NCBI GenBank assembly: GCA_977017645.1
Contig: OZ360219.1
Span: 161,944,001 to 162,008,000, forward strand
Direction: 5' to 3'
Source: Torpedo marmorata
Lineage: Eukaryota
Length of the DNA stretch: 64,000 nucleotides
A program made the translations under genes and the position numbers. Shown here one piece after another: positions 34,990 to 46,944 of this stretch. The notes beneath the pieces were generated by a model, which saw nothing but the letters and a program-made list of their open reading frames with translations, was not told the DNA's origin and ran no database searches. Position 1 is the first letter of the stretch. Every line of letters starts with the position of its first letter.

Positions 34990-35530
34990 AATTGAATTCA
35001 GAGAACAAAATGTTGAAAGGGGAATTGGAAATATTGGATAATCATGAAAACAGTAAACAAAGATTTAATTGTAAATAAAATTCGCGAAGTCAGAAAGCGG
35101 AAGAAAAGAATAACTGCTGAAGAAATAAATACAGTTATTGAAGAAAGAGATTCAGCATTATTAAGATGTAAAAGGTTGGAGGAAGAGATTCATATTTTGA
35201 AAGACAACAAGTTATTGGTTAATAACACAAAACAGTTGATTATAGAAAACAATCAAGAATGTAAATTGAAGGTTCAGGTATTAACAATGCAGAAAGAAAG
35301 TGATATTGCATTGCAGCAATATAACAAGCAAGATGAATAAATTCAAAAATTTCAAGTTTACCACAGCAGGTTTGACAATAGAAGTACCAATGTATCACAT
35401 GATATTTTCACTTCAGATCAAGTTATTAATTTCTCGGAAGGAACTGAGACTGAATTGAAAGTTGCAAATTTGGATTTGGAATTGCAGGAAAAGGCAATGG
35501 AGACCAGAGTGGTTAAAGAGACTCGTTTAT
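34990..35530 (+). pseudogene. mipol1: Intronless MIPOL1-like coiled-coil sequence inside the BEL element
   Basis: LIVNKIREVRKRKKRITAEEINTVIEERDSALLRCKRLEEEIH...NNTKQLIIENNQECKLKVQVLTMQKESDIALQQYNKQDE*IQKFQVYHS aligns with recalled human MIPOL1 IIVDRIYKTKECKMRITAEEMSALIEERDAALSKCKRLEQELH...NNMRHLTAENNQERALKAKLLSMQQARETAVQQYKKLEEEIQTLRVYYS. Confidence 0.75.
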
Positions 35531-35956
35531 TAAAATCGAGAGGATCAAATAAATATTCAAATTCTAGTTCTAAGAGTTTCAATTCTTCATATGAGAAGTG
35601 GAATGCTGAAGAAAGGAATAAAGTGAAACAACATGCTGAAGAAGTACCTCGTGTTAAATTCAAAAGAAAAAACTATCTATTTTGTCTGAGGAAGATTTGA
35701 GGTTTACTGGTCGATGTTCTAACTCAAAGATTCTGGAGATAAAAGAACTTTGATAAGCACAAACTGATTGTATTTGTTGTTGTTGTATACTACACAGGTT
35801 ACAGACTTTTATTGATCCAGAGTTATGCTAAACTCTGGTCTTGTGAAGAAAGAAGATTTGTATATTGTTTGAATGTTATATGGTTATTGTTATTTGTAAT
35901 TGATTGTGTAATTATTATTTTAGACATTGCATCTTGTTATAATAATTAGGGGCCGG

Positions 35957-36472
35957 TGTAAGAGCCATAGACTTGGTTAGTTACCTTCATCGCAGCATTC
36001 CGATGGTCCCAGCAGGTTTTGGAGGAGTCATCGAGATTAGTAGGCTGTGCTAGGCCTATTGAGTACTCTGCGCATGAGCGGGAGTGCCGACAGGCGCATG
36101 CGCAGTGGGGAAGTGGTTGGAGCATGCGCGGTGGAGTATGCTCGTGAATCAGGAAAAGAAGTATTTTAAGAATATGATGACTTAGAGGATGGTGAGTGAG
36201 ATCGCCATAGCTTTCATTGAACGTTTAAAGGAGCGTTAGAAAGAATCGTTGTAAAGGAACGTTTTAAAGGAATCGTTATTAAGCATCGTTATCAAGAATT
36301 GTTAATATTTTGTTAAAGAAGATATTTAAGTCATTGAAGATTGCTACAAGTTATCGTGTGTAAATAAAGTTTTTGAACCTATTGGACTTGTTAGTAAATT
36401 AATTGAAACGCGTCAAGAACAGATATCTCACCTAGCCTCCAAGTGATTATTTGTTGGATTGAAGTCACTATA
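35957..36472 (+). repeat. 3' LTR of BEL element
   Basis: TGTAAGAGCC...GAAGTCACTATA, a direct repeat of the 5' LTR. Confidence 0.92.
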
Positions 36473-38809
36473 GCAACGTTTGTTAGAAGGATTTCAGAGG
36501 AGGATTTCTGCCAATGAGCAAGAATGCAGAGAGCTTCAAGATTGGCCCTCAGTATCTACCCAAGTAACCTGGGCATGTTGGGCCAAAGATGCTGATTCCA
36601 GGAAGTGAGCCCAATTCAGATTGATCAAACCCAATAAATCCCACAGCTGTGTACAAGCCCCCATGAACTTCATTCTCCCCTGGCTTTGATGCATTTTTAG
36701 AAGTTACAGTTTACCATCAAATTATTGTACTGTTTAGTACTTCCTCACGACTTGGCATTCATTCAAACTTGATCATTAGTATTTAGGAGTAACATAAGGT
36801 TTTCTGAGCTGCAGTAAATTTTGTAGAATCTTAACCACTGGACAAGGGGATGTCAGAATGATCCTTGAGGTTTCTTTTTGTATTTGACTTGTAGCATATT
36901 ACTTCTGTTGTACCACTAGGTATCTTACGTTTAATGTTTACCTTTGCCCATCTTAAGTAAGGAATTAAAATTTACATGCAAGGAATGTCACATTCACATC
37001 TGATTAAGTGAAATGTCACATTCATGAGACGACCGCAAATTGCAACTAAGAAGGCACAGAACAAACCAAAAAGCAAGTCTGAAGAGGCAGCAAAACCAAT
37101 TATCAATCACAATTTGAAAAACTGTGGAAAAAAAAAATTAACAGCCAGTACACCATTGCCATATGTAAACAGAAAATCTTGCAAATAATTTTGGAAAATT
37201 ATTTGGACCAAAGCAAAAATTGCAAATAAGGTTCTTTCAGTTACAGTATAAATCTCTTAAAGGAATTGCAGGAATTACAAGGAATCAGTTAATCTTACTG
37301 AAAACACCATTTTTAATTTTCATCTCCGTATTTAAAACTAGCTCAAGAAATTATAGTTAGTAAAATTTAATATTTTTTATAAAAATTGGGTTAAGCAAAA
37401 ATGTGAACTTTTACATTTTGCTAAGGTAATATTGCTTTAAAAAGTTTAAATGGTCAGAGAATTTATTGAGCACAAAGTTAATAGGTAACTGATTATTCCT
37501 ACCCATCTCCTTTTCACCTTCAGCTGTACCATTATTGCCATTCCATATCCTTCAAACCAGATTTGCCATTCAATAACATCATCACTCATCTTCACGTTGC
37601 TGCTCTATTCCAATATCTGGATTCCTTTGCTCTTCAAAATCTACTGATCAGTCTTTGAGTACACCAAAAAATTGAGCATACAATACATATAGAGAATTCC
37701 AAAGATTCACAGTTCCAAAGATTTATCATCTTTGAGGCAAATGGACTTACAGTATTCTTATCTAAGCATAAACCGCTTGTTCTAGATTTTCTAGCAGGAG
37801 TGGACAACATCTCAGCATTATCATATCAAATACTCAAGGAAATCATCCCATATTCTTCTAAGATCCAAAGGCAGATATTTCAATGACCTCTCATTCTTCT
37901 GAACTCCAAAGGATATGGTTCCATTCTACACATCCCAGGAATCAATTTTGTCAACATTCATTGCAGTCAATGTAAAGCAATTTTATCTTGCATTTGTTAA
38001 GGAAACCAAATCTCTTCACAATATTCCAAGTGTGCCCTGTATAATAGCTGCAAATTTCCTTACTCCGACAGACCATTCTTCTTGCAATATAGGCTAACGT
38101 ACTATAATGTTCCGATTGCTTGCTTCAGTTGTCTATTAACTTTGTGATTTCTGTTCAGGGTTGCCGAAATCCCCCAGAAAACTTCTCTTACCAAAATGAA
38201 TAATTTTGCATTATATCTCATTTATCACCATTCACTGAAACTGCATTCCTCCCTCTGCAGCTTCTTTGCACATCTCTCTCATAGCTACTTTGAAATGTGG
38301 CACTATAGCATCAGGTAACAAAGAAAATATCGTCAAAGCAGAAACTCCTCAACAGAACCTCCCACAAGCCTCCACATTGAACATTTCCTGCCCTGCCTGT
38401 GATGGAGTCTGCGGATCCTGCGTAGGCCTTAACAACTACCTCAGAACTGGAGTGGAGGTAAGTCATCGTTGATCAATACGCAAAAAGAAAAAAAATTAGA
38501 CCTCATTGGAAATCTGATAATGATACTTACGTTGGAATATAATTATGGAGTTAAACAAGATCCTCTAAGCAAAGTCTTTAATACGTTTTAATTGGTGAGA
38601 TCCAAACACTTTTCTACTGGCACCCGCTATAGCCACCTGCTGACCCATTTATTCATAATTTTCATTTTCTTTCCATCAACCAACCTACAATCCAATCAGG
38701 GCCAACAACCTTTTGAGTGATATCTTGTCAGATATTTCTAATGATCCTTCAAAGATAGGGGGTGTGAGTCTTTTTCCTGAACTATAAAGAAACACAATGA
38801 CAGCAAATT

Positions 38810-39061
38810 TTTAAAAAATTTAGACATACAGCACGGCAACAGGCCATTTTGGCCCACCCGTGCCACCAAATTTACACCCAATTAACCTACACCCTCGGCA
38901 CATTTCGAATGGTGGGAGGAAACCAGAGACCCCGGGGAAAACCAACGCAAACACGGGGAGAACATACAAACTCCTTACAGACAACGTGGGATTCAAAACC
39001 CGGTCCCGATCGCTGGTGCTGTAAAGGTGTTGCGCTAACCGCTACGCCAAACGTGCCGCCC
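38810..39061 (-). mobile_element. tRNA-derived SINE (HE1-like)
   Basis: Minus strand reads GGCGGCACGTTTGGCGTAGCGGTTAGCGCAAC (A box)...GGGTTTTGAATCCC (B box)...GCTGTATGTCTAAA tail. Confidence 0.8.
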
Positions 39062-39496
39062 AAGATGCTGTAATCTTGATCAGCAAGGAATTGATCGAGG
39101 AACTCAGCAGGTCAGACAGCAGCCATTGGTAGAAATGGCAAGTCACCTTTCGCATCTGGACCCATTATTGAGACAAAAGAGAAAAGGTAGTGGTATTATG
39201 TATATAAAGGGGGAAAGAACTGGGGGAGGGACAAATATATGATAGGGTATAGGACAGAATGTATGAGAGATGGAGAGAGAGGTAGAAGGAGAGATCACTG
39301 GGGGGAGGGGGAAAGAAGAAAGAAGGAAAAATTAAAGTAGGTAGAGATGGAAACAGTGGGACTAGATGGGGGTGGGGTTCACATTATTCAACTCAATCTA
39401 CTGCATAGATGTACCAGTGTGGCCTCTTCTGCATCAGTGAGACCAAATGTTTGGGTGACCACTTCCACAAACACCTTAATTCTGTTTATGGGCCTA

Positions 39497-41150
39497 AAGG
39501 TTAGCGTAGCAGTTAGCGCAATGCTGTTACAGCGCCAGCGACCCAAGTTCGAAACCAGTGCTGTCTGTAAATTCTCCACGTGTCTGCATGGGTTTCCTCC
39601 CATCCTTCAAAAAAAAATGTACGGGGGTTGTAGGTCAATTGCATGTAATTGGATGGTCGGAAGTGCCTGTTACCATGCTGTATGTCTTTTTTTTTAAATT
39701 TTTTTAATATTTTATTTAAAATTTTTAAATCACAAAATACATCAGGCAAAATATAAAATTATCAAAATACATGTGATACATTTTCTCCCCCCCAACCACC
39801 CTCCCCACCCTAACCCTCCCGCCCCTACTAATCTATAAAATAAAGGAAAGAAAAAGATAGAATAAGAGAATGTCAATCTACAAAAAAGAACAACTATAAA
39901 CTAAATCTATTGTGGAAATTAGGTTCACCAGTCTGATCTGATCTCTAGAGATCTTCAAATCCTTAAACCAACCGCTTTTATGTATGGGCTCCATGTTTTC
40001 AAAAAGAAATGATATTTATTATGTAAATTATAAGTAATTTTTTCAAGTGGTATACATGAACGAAGTTCTGCATGCCACCTTTCTAAACCTAAATCTACAT
40101 CAGATTTCCAAGTAATAGCAATACATTTCTTAGCAACAGCTAGAGCAATTCTCAAAAACTCTATTTGATACATATTTAATTTCATCATAATACTAATTCT
40201 TTTAATATCTCCAAATAAAAATATCATAGGATCCATTGGGAGTGTAATTCTTAATACTTTGTCCAAAAACTCCTTAACCTTCAACCAAAAATCAGAAATC
40301 TTTGGACAAAACCATGTAGAATGTACAAAAGAACCTTCTTCTCTATTACACCTAAAACATAAATCTGATAATGTCGGGTTAAATTTCTTTAATCTTTTAG
40401 GTGTTAAATATAATTGATGGAAAAAATTATATTGCACTAATCTATATCTAACATTAATGATCTTAGTCATACTTAGTTTACATAATTCTTTCCAATGTTT
40501 TTCTTCTATAGTTACATTCAAATCTGATTCCCATTTTAATCTTGATTTGTGAATAGCTACCTTAGGCATTTTCCTCTGTAATAATTTATACATTTGAGAA
40601 ATAAATTTATTTACACCTCCATTTATAACTAATAATTCAAATTCACTTTGTCGAGGTAAAGTCAAACTATGACCCAACCTTTCAACTAAAAATGCTTTAA
40701 TTTGGAAATAGGCAAAATACGTATTGTTTGATATATTAAATTTATCTTTCATTCTTTGAAAAGTAATAAATTTACCAGCTTCAAAACAGTCATTTATTTT
40801 CTTAATTCCCTTTTGAAACCAAATTTTAAATAGTTGATTATCAAAAGCAAATGAAATAAGTCTATTTTGATGTAAAGGCATTCTTTGCGAAATTAAACCT
40901 TTCGCCCCTATCTCTTTATCCACTCTATTCCATATTTCTAACAAATGTTTAAAAATAGGAGAATTTTTATCTCTTGATAATATTAGTTTAGAATTCCATT
41001 TATAAATAACTTCTTCTTTCAAATCTTCTCCTATATTATTTAATTCTATTCGAATCCAAGCAGAAGATTTTGCTGAGTCAAACATTTCATTAATAAATCT
41101 TAATTGAGCATGCTGTATGTCTAAAGTTAACATTTAAAATTTAAATTTGA
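39497..41150 (+). mobile_element. tRNA-SINE split by L1 (39497-39687 and 41109-41150)
   Basis: GGTTAGCGTAGCAGTTAGCGCAATGCTGTTACAGCGCCAGCGACCCAAGTTCGAA head. Tail GCTGTATGTCTAAA is duplicated as the L1 TSD. Confidence 0.75.
39688..41108 (-). mobile_element. L1 LINE, 5'-truncated
   Basis: 14-bp TSD CATGCTGTATGTCT (39674-39687 and 41109-41122), polyT on the plus strand, and an open ORF2 C-terminus with CFRC...HSTWFC. Confidence 0.95.
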
Positions 41151-42079
41151 GCTTCCTGTCACCAACCATTGCAGCTTCCCCAATTATACCTGTCCTCAGC
41201 CTCATCCATTGTCAGGATGAGTGAAGTCAAATGTAAACTTGAAGAACAACACGTTATAATCCTCCTGGACAGCCTTAAACCTAATGGCATGAACATCGTT
41301 TTTCTCAATTTTAGGTAACCCTTCCAATCTGGTTTCACTGTTTCCATCTGCTCCTTGCTCCTGTACTGTTTTTATTCTTTTTTTATTCTCTAACTTTCCT
41401 TCTCCCCACCCCAGTGGTCTCTCTCTCTATACCCAACTCTCCACCTCTAGCACTTTCTGTCCTACACCCTATCATCTCTTTGCCCCTCTCCCTGGTTCTT
41501 TCACCCTCTATATACATAATATCATCCCCTTTTCTCTTTAGTCTTGCTGAAGTGTCCACATCCAAAACTCTTTGACCATTTCTGCTCATAGATTCTGTTT
41601 GACCTGCTGAGTTCCTCCACAAATTTTTTGTTTGCCTCTTCCTGAACTACGTTAGTATATCTGTTCAAAGTACACACCAGTGCTGTTGTATGGGGAGTTT
41701 TAATATTTAGATTCAGTGACAATGAAGCATGATTATAGTTCCATGTCAGGATAATGTGTTACTTGGAGGAGAAATTGCAGGTGATATGCAAATTGAAGTC
41801 AGAATGCTGCTGTGGTAGAAAGAGTTAAGGTTCAGGACGATGGATTCAATGCCAATCAAGTGGTCTGCTTTGCTGTGCACTGTGTTCATCTTCTAGAATG
41901 TATCTGATTTGCTGTTGTCCAGACAAGTAGAGATTATTGCACCCTATTGATGATGTACCATTGCAGACAATGGAAAGACTTAAAGAATCAGGAAATGAGG
42001 CAATTTCCATGGAATACCCAGATTCTAATTTTGTCCAGTAGATAATTTACTGGTATGCATGGTCCACTTGTTTCTTGTC

Positions 42080-42495
42080 ATAATATCAGAAAATGCTGGA
42101 AATATTCAGAAGGACAGGCAGTATTTGTGGAAAAAAAAGAGTTAAAGTTTCAGATTGAAGAACATTCATTTTCAACTGAGTAAAACACAAAAGTCTGCAG
42201 ACACCATGATTGAAGAATACACAAAGCTTGTTTTACCTTGAGGTTAGCTTGTGTTACCTAGGTTTCTTACCTTGATGAAAGGCTCAAGCCCGAAATATTG
42301 GTTTTGTATCTTTATCTTTGTTACATAAAGTACACTGTTTAACCTGCTGAGTTTCTCCAGCTTTGTGTTTTTAATTCATTTACAAGTAAAGCATTAACTT
42401 TATTTAATTCTGTTTCTCTTACCTGACCTGCTGAGTGATTCCAGGATTCTCTCTTTTTATTTCAGACCCAGCATCTGCAGGTTTTGATTTTCAAG
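42080..42495. mobile_element. Cluster of Penelope pseudo-LTR fragments in both orientations
   Basis: AAATGCTGGAAAT..TCAG (minus), CTTGATGAAAGGCTCAAGCCCGAAA (plus, 42271), and ACCTGCTGAGT..CCAG motifs. Confidence 0.6.
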
Positions 42496-43239
42496 CTTCT
42501 AGTCATTTGAGATCTACAGGATGTAGATGATGGGAGATTTGGCCATTGTGCTATAATTGGAAGTTAACTTTTTGGATATGGTTATTACTTGTTATTTGTG
42601 TGTCATAGATGTTAACTGGCACTATTAGCCATTGAATATTATCCTGGTCATACTGTATTCAAACAATGTCCACTTCATTTTCTAAGTCGTTTCAAGTGAA
42701 ATTAAACCGTGTAGTCTTTAATGGATTTTTCCATGTAACTATTTCATGGAGAGAAGGGATGAAGCAGTTGAAAATAGTTGGATGCAGGAAACTGCCTTCA
42801 GCAATTCCTGCAGTGATTTGCTGGTTAAAATGAATGCTCCCTGATGATCTCAATTATTTTTCTTTCTGCTAGACATATTGAGAGTTTTATCAGGGCTACT
42901 GCTGGCATACTACTGCCTTCGCATTGGGTGAAGTCACTTTCAGCTCACCCCAGCATTCAACTCCTCTGTCCAGATTTGGTCAAGCTCTGTAATGGAGCAG
43001 AGAATTCCTGGTGAAACTCAAACTTAACATTGGTGTGAACATAGCACTCGAGAGCACTGTTGATGACACCTCCTGTATTGTAGTTGATAATAGAGAAGTG
43101 GGGAGAGATGGATGTAATTAGCCATGATAGATTGTTTTGTCTTTGGTGAAAAGAAAAATATAGATAACTTTCAATATTATTACATAGATGCCAGTGTTGT
43201 AACTCTGCTGGAACAGTCTGACCAGAAGTACAACCAGTT

Positions 43240-43820
43240 TGGAGTACAATTTGGGACTTTGTGTACAAAATGTTAGTGAGACTGCACTCAGAGTACTGTA
43301 TGCAATTCTGGTTGTCTCACTCTGGGAACAATGTCATTAAAGATGGAAAGGGTTCAGGAAAGGTTCACAAGGATGTTACTGGAACTAGAGGGCTTGAATT
43401 ATAAGGAGATATTGTATAGGCTGGGGCTTTATTCTCTGGAGCAAAGAAGGTTGTGGATGACTGTATAGAGATTCATTTCATAATGAGAGGCATAGATGAA
43501 ATGAATATTCACTGAGTAGGGGAGTCTAAAATAAAAGGGTGTATATTTAAGGTGAGGGGGGAACAATTTAAAACAATTTAAAAGGGACCTGAGAGCAACC
43601 TTTTCCATACAAAGAGGAATAAGTATGTGGAACAAATTGCCAGATGAAGTGGAGGGGGTGCAATTATGATATTTAAAAGATATTTAGACAAGTACACAGA
43701 TAGTCAAGGTTTAGAGGGATTATGGGCCAAATGCCAGCAACCGGGACAAGCTGAGGGAGACGACTTGGCTGGCAAGGACCAATTGGGTCAAAAGGCCTGT
43801 TTCCCTACTGCATAACTTTA
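43240..43820 (+). mobile_element. CR1 3' fragment, decayed
   Basis: TTAGTGAGACTGCAC..AGAGTACTGTATGCAATTCTGG (LVR.H.EYC.QFW) and a CR1 3' UTR. Confidence 0.7.
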
Positions 43821-44076
43821 TTTCTTGATAACCTTGGAGTGAATTGCTTTGAATGAGAACTGGTTTGTGTAATGAGGAGGATTCTCCTGGCTGAAGATGG
43901 CTGCCCATATTTTGACATTTTCTTTGGGGCTCAGATTCTGGGTTCCGCCATTGTTCACGGAGACTCCCCATCCTCCCCCATTTAAATTACTTACAATCAT
44001 TCATGTCTGTATATGGTAGGACTGCAGAGTTTTTATCTGGTCTGTTGATTGTGGAATTGGATGGCTTCGTTTACAG

Positions 44077-44446
44077 CAGTGGTTTTCAAACTGCCCCCCT
44101 AAACTCACATTCCATCTTAAGCAATCCCTATGCCATAAGTGCTCTCTGATTAGTAAGGGATTACTTAAGGTGGTATGTGAGTGGGAAGGTTGAGAACCAC
44201 TGCTCTAGACCCAATTGTTAATGAAATATTTTGCTTGAGAAAAATTGTCATTGGCCCATATCCTTTGGAGTTATGAAACCGTGCACATAACGAGTTAATT
44301 AGGTACGATTAAGCCAGTGGTTTTTAAACCTTTTTCTTTCGACTCACATACCATCTTAAGCAATCCCTTACTAAACACAGAGCATTATGGAATAGGGATT
44401 GCTTAAGGTGGAATGTGAGTTTAGGGGGGCAGTTTGAAAACCACTG
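44077..44446. mobile_element. Composite hAT (Charlie-like) MITE: two inverted mini-elements around a spacer
   Basis: Outer TIR CAGTGGTTTTCAAACTGCCCCCCTAAACTCACATTCCA and 8-bp TSD GTTTACAG (44069-44076 and 44447-44454). Inner termini at 44202 and 44315. Confidence 0.9.
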
Positions 44447-46401
44447 GTTTACAGCATCCTGCTTTCAATGTTTACCATGCATTTATTCCTGCATTTTATC
44501 ATCACCAGGTTGGCACTTCATCTTTATTTCTGCCTGGTACTTCTCCTGACACGCTCATTTATGCTCCTCTTTGAAAAAGGCTTTATAGGAGTGGCAGAAT
44601 GAGAGAAATACTGATGATGAGTTACGGTCGTAGAATAACATTTTTTATGCTAATTGCCCACAGCAACATATAGAGTTCCAGTTATGAGTTTCTGGATCTG
44701 TTCTAAATATATTGCATTTTGCACAATATAAGGAAGGATTTGTGATGAATTTACAGACAATTGCATCTGCAAGTGGATGGTGGGAACGGCCATGATGAAG
44801 GGAGATAGCTTTAACAACACACATTAGCAATGATAAAATGCTTCATTGAAGTAAAGTCAAATGAAATGTGAATATTAAATCACAGTCGACACAATGAAAA
44901 TATAACTACTTTCAAGAAGAAAGAAAATGAGTGAATGCTGCCAAACTATTTAGAGAAATGAATTACTATTTATGGGTTAATATTGATCCCCTGTAACTAC
45001 ACATTACATTTCAATATGTATAAATAATGGAAAAAAAAAGAAATAGAAACATTATCACCTTTTGAAGGGCCACTTTGCCAATTAATTCACTTGACTGTTC
45101 CAGAAAGATGAATCTTTCTCATTAATTCTAATGACCTCTTCTCAGGACACATTCATTTTCACACCAATAAAATTTATGAATGCAATAGACATTGTCTTTT
45201 TTGAATGGGGAAACTATGATCACAGCAAAACATTTCAGTGTCAGTAGGCCAAATTTGAAATCGATAATGTTCAGTTTGTGTTTGCTTATAGCAAAAAAGT
45301 GTTATGAAATGATTTGAACTTGAAGAAATGGTCATGATGTTCAAGATTTCAACTCCTTCATAAAATATGTTGAGATATTTACTGGATTGCATCTCCTGGA
45401 TGGAAAGTTACATTTTGAAGCAATATGATGACAGGCAAGTTATGCCTGCATAAAGCAAAGCTATGATGGTGCCACACTTTCTTGATACAATACAGCAGTC
45501 TTTTCCAAAATGTTACATAATAATTGCCATGGTTCAGATGCAACTATATTAGTATTCAGCACATCCTTGAAAGCCAGCATTGTAATGTCAGCTGATATGG
45601 TCACTAAGATCATTTTACATTTTTGCACAAGTATCTCAACTTTTCTAACTATACTCCTATCAACTAATTTTAACCATTAACACATTACTGATGTTGTACT
45701 CAAAACCATACAAACTGCACCATTTACACAGTGACTGTAATCATGAAATTACTGGATTGTCGTAAAGCCCAAATGGTTCACTAATGTTATTCTGTAGGGC
45801 TGATAAGTGAACTCCATATCAACCAAATGGCTGCCTCTTAACTGCAAGTAGGGATGAAGAATACATGCCAACTTTGCCAGTGATGTGAACAAATAAAATG
45901 CCATCCCAATTTCTCTTGGACAGCTACTTTGGGCAAATATTGCATCAATTAAAGGGGTGCACTTAAATTGAACGAAGTGGGCAAGCTATTTAAGACAAGC
46001 ACGTACTGGCTCACTCCTTGTGTAAAGCTCAATTATCTCTCATTAAGTACAAAACTATCATGGCCTCTAATTCCTACAGCAGGCATTTCCTGCCTGCTTG
46101 CTGAGCTGGACATCTTCTGGTTTCATTTTAAAATGAATGTGACAGCCTGACTGAATCTTGAATAAATTCCATCTTTAATGTATTTTTTTGACTGAGGTAC
46201 AGCTGAATCTTATCGTCCAATGTGCTGTTCCTAATTCTGGAGCCTCTAACAATTACTCATTGTACTGTATCTGGGGAATTTTCAGCTTTACTATTTTTGT
46301 GTGGTGCATCCAGTAGAGTCATGCAACAAAACTGTCTGTGAATAATCATGTACATTTACAACCATCACAACTTACCTGAGGAACAGATAATTAGGAAACC
46401 T

Positions 46402-46925
46402 TGTAAAGGAATGTAAAAGAATGCCAAACCAGAAGGTCAAATATTAAGGGAAGGGGCCTCTGCTCTATTTGTAGACTTATAAAGATTTGATAGCCTTGCA
46501 GATAAAGATTCACAATTAGACAATAGAGTTAAGCAAAGTTTCATAAGTACAAGGTTGCTTGATTGTCTGAAAACAAAAACAAGATATGGCTCAACTAGAC
46601 AAATATAGAATGACCAAAGTTGAGCAAAATTAACCTTTCTAAAGTTGCATGTCCAGAGAAACTACAAGGACAGATGTTAATGAAAAGCAGGAACAATCAG
46701 CTGCAAGAAACCTGTGCAAATAACTTGTGAAACTACATGACTATATAAGATGTACCTAAATGCTGTATGAATTGAGTGAGGCTCAGTGCAGGGAATGAGC
46801 GACACTGTCTACTCATTCTTTGTACCCCTTACTCCCGCCAGCATTATCAAGGCTGAATAAAGAAATTGTTGTACGCTTAATTGGTTCTGCTGTTTGTCTT
46901 ATTACAGCGCGGGCTGACTTCCACA
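46402..46925 (+). repeat. ERV 5' LTR
   Basis: TGTAAA...TTCCACA with TATATAA (~46742) and AATAAA (~46856). Matches 53171-53678. Confidence 0.9.
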
Positions 46926-46926
46926 T

Positions 46927-46944
46927 TGGCGCAGTCGGCAGGAT
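46927..46944 (+). other. Primer binding site, tRNA-Ser type
   Basis: TGGCGCAGTCGGCAGGAT versus the tRNA-Ser complement TGGCGTAGTCGGCAGGAT (1 mismatch). Confidence 0.85.

Larger units (their letters stand above)
28806..36472 (+). mobile_element. BEL/Pao LTR retrotransposon, non-autonomous (no RT/RH/IN), with captured host-like sequence and an L1 insertion
   Basis: Paired LTRs at ~28806-29348 and 35957-36472; AATTAGGGGCCGG before the 3' LTR. BEL gag (LPKKEIQ-FDGDPLQY, three Cys/His knuckles) and protease (YAFLDPGSTASF, LIGSD, GPYAVRTKLGWTINGP). Confidence 0.9.
39065..41630 (+). mobile_element. Decayed Penelope element with an inverted pseudo-LTR, hosting a SINE and an L1
   Basis: Minus-strand pLTR at ~39065-39375. 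Plus-strand GIY-YIG remnants at 39385-39490 and 41150-41310 (KLEEQHVIILLDSLKPNGMN). pLTR at ~41540-41630. Confidence 0.6.

Noticed and set aside
34990-35530. The MIPOL1-like region as the genuine host mipol1 locus
   Set aside because: It is intronless, disrupted, continuous with BEL protease sequence and enclosed by paired LTRs.
38990-39061. tRNA gene
   Set aside because: The A/B boxes belong to a SINE head that continues into SINE body and tail. No complete cloverleaf.
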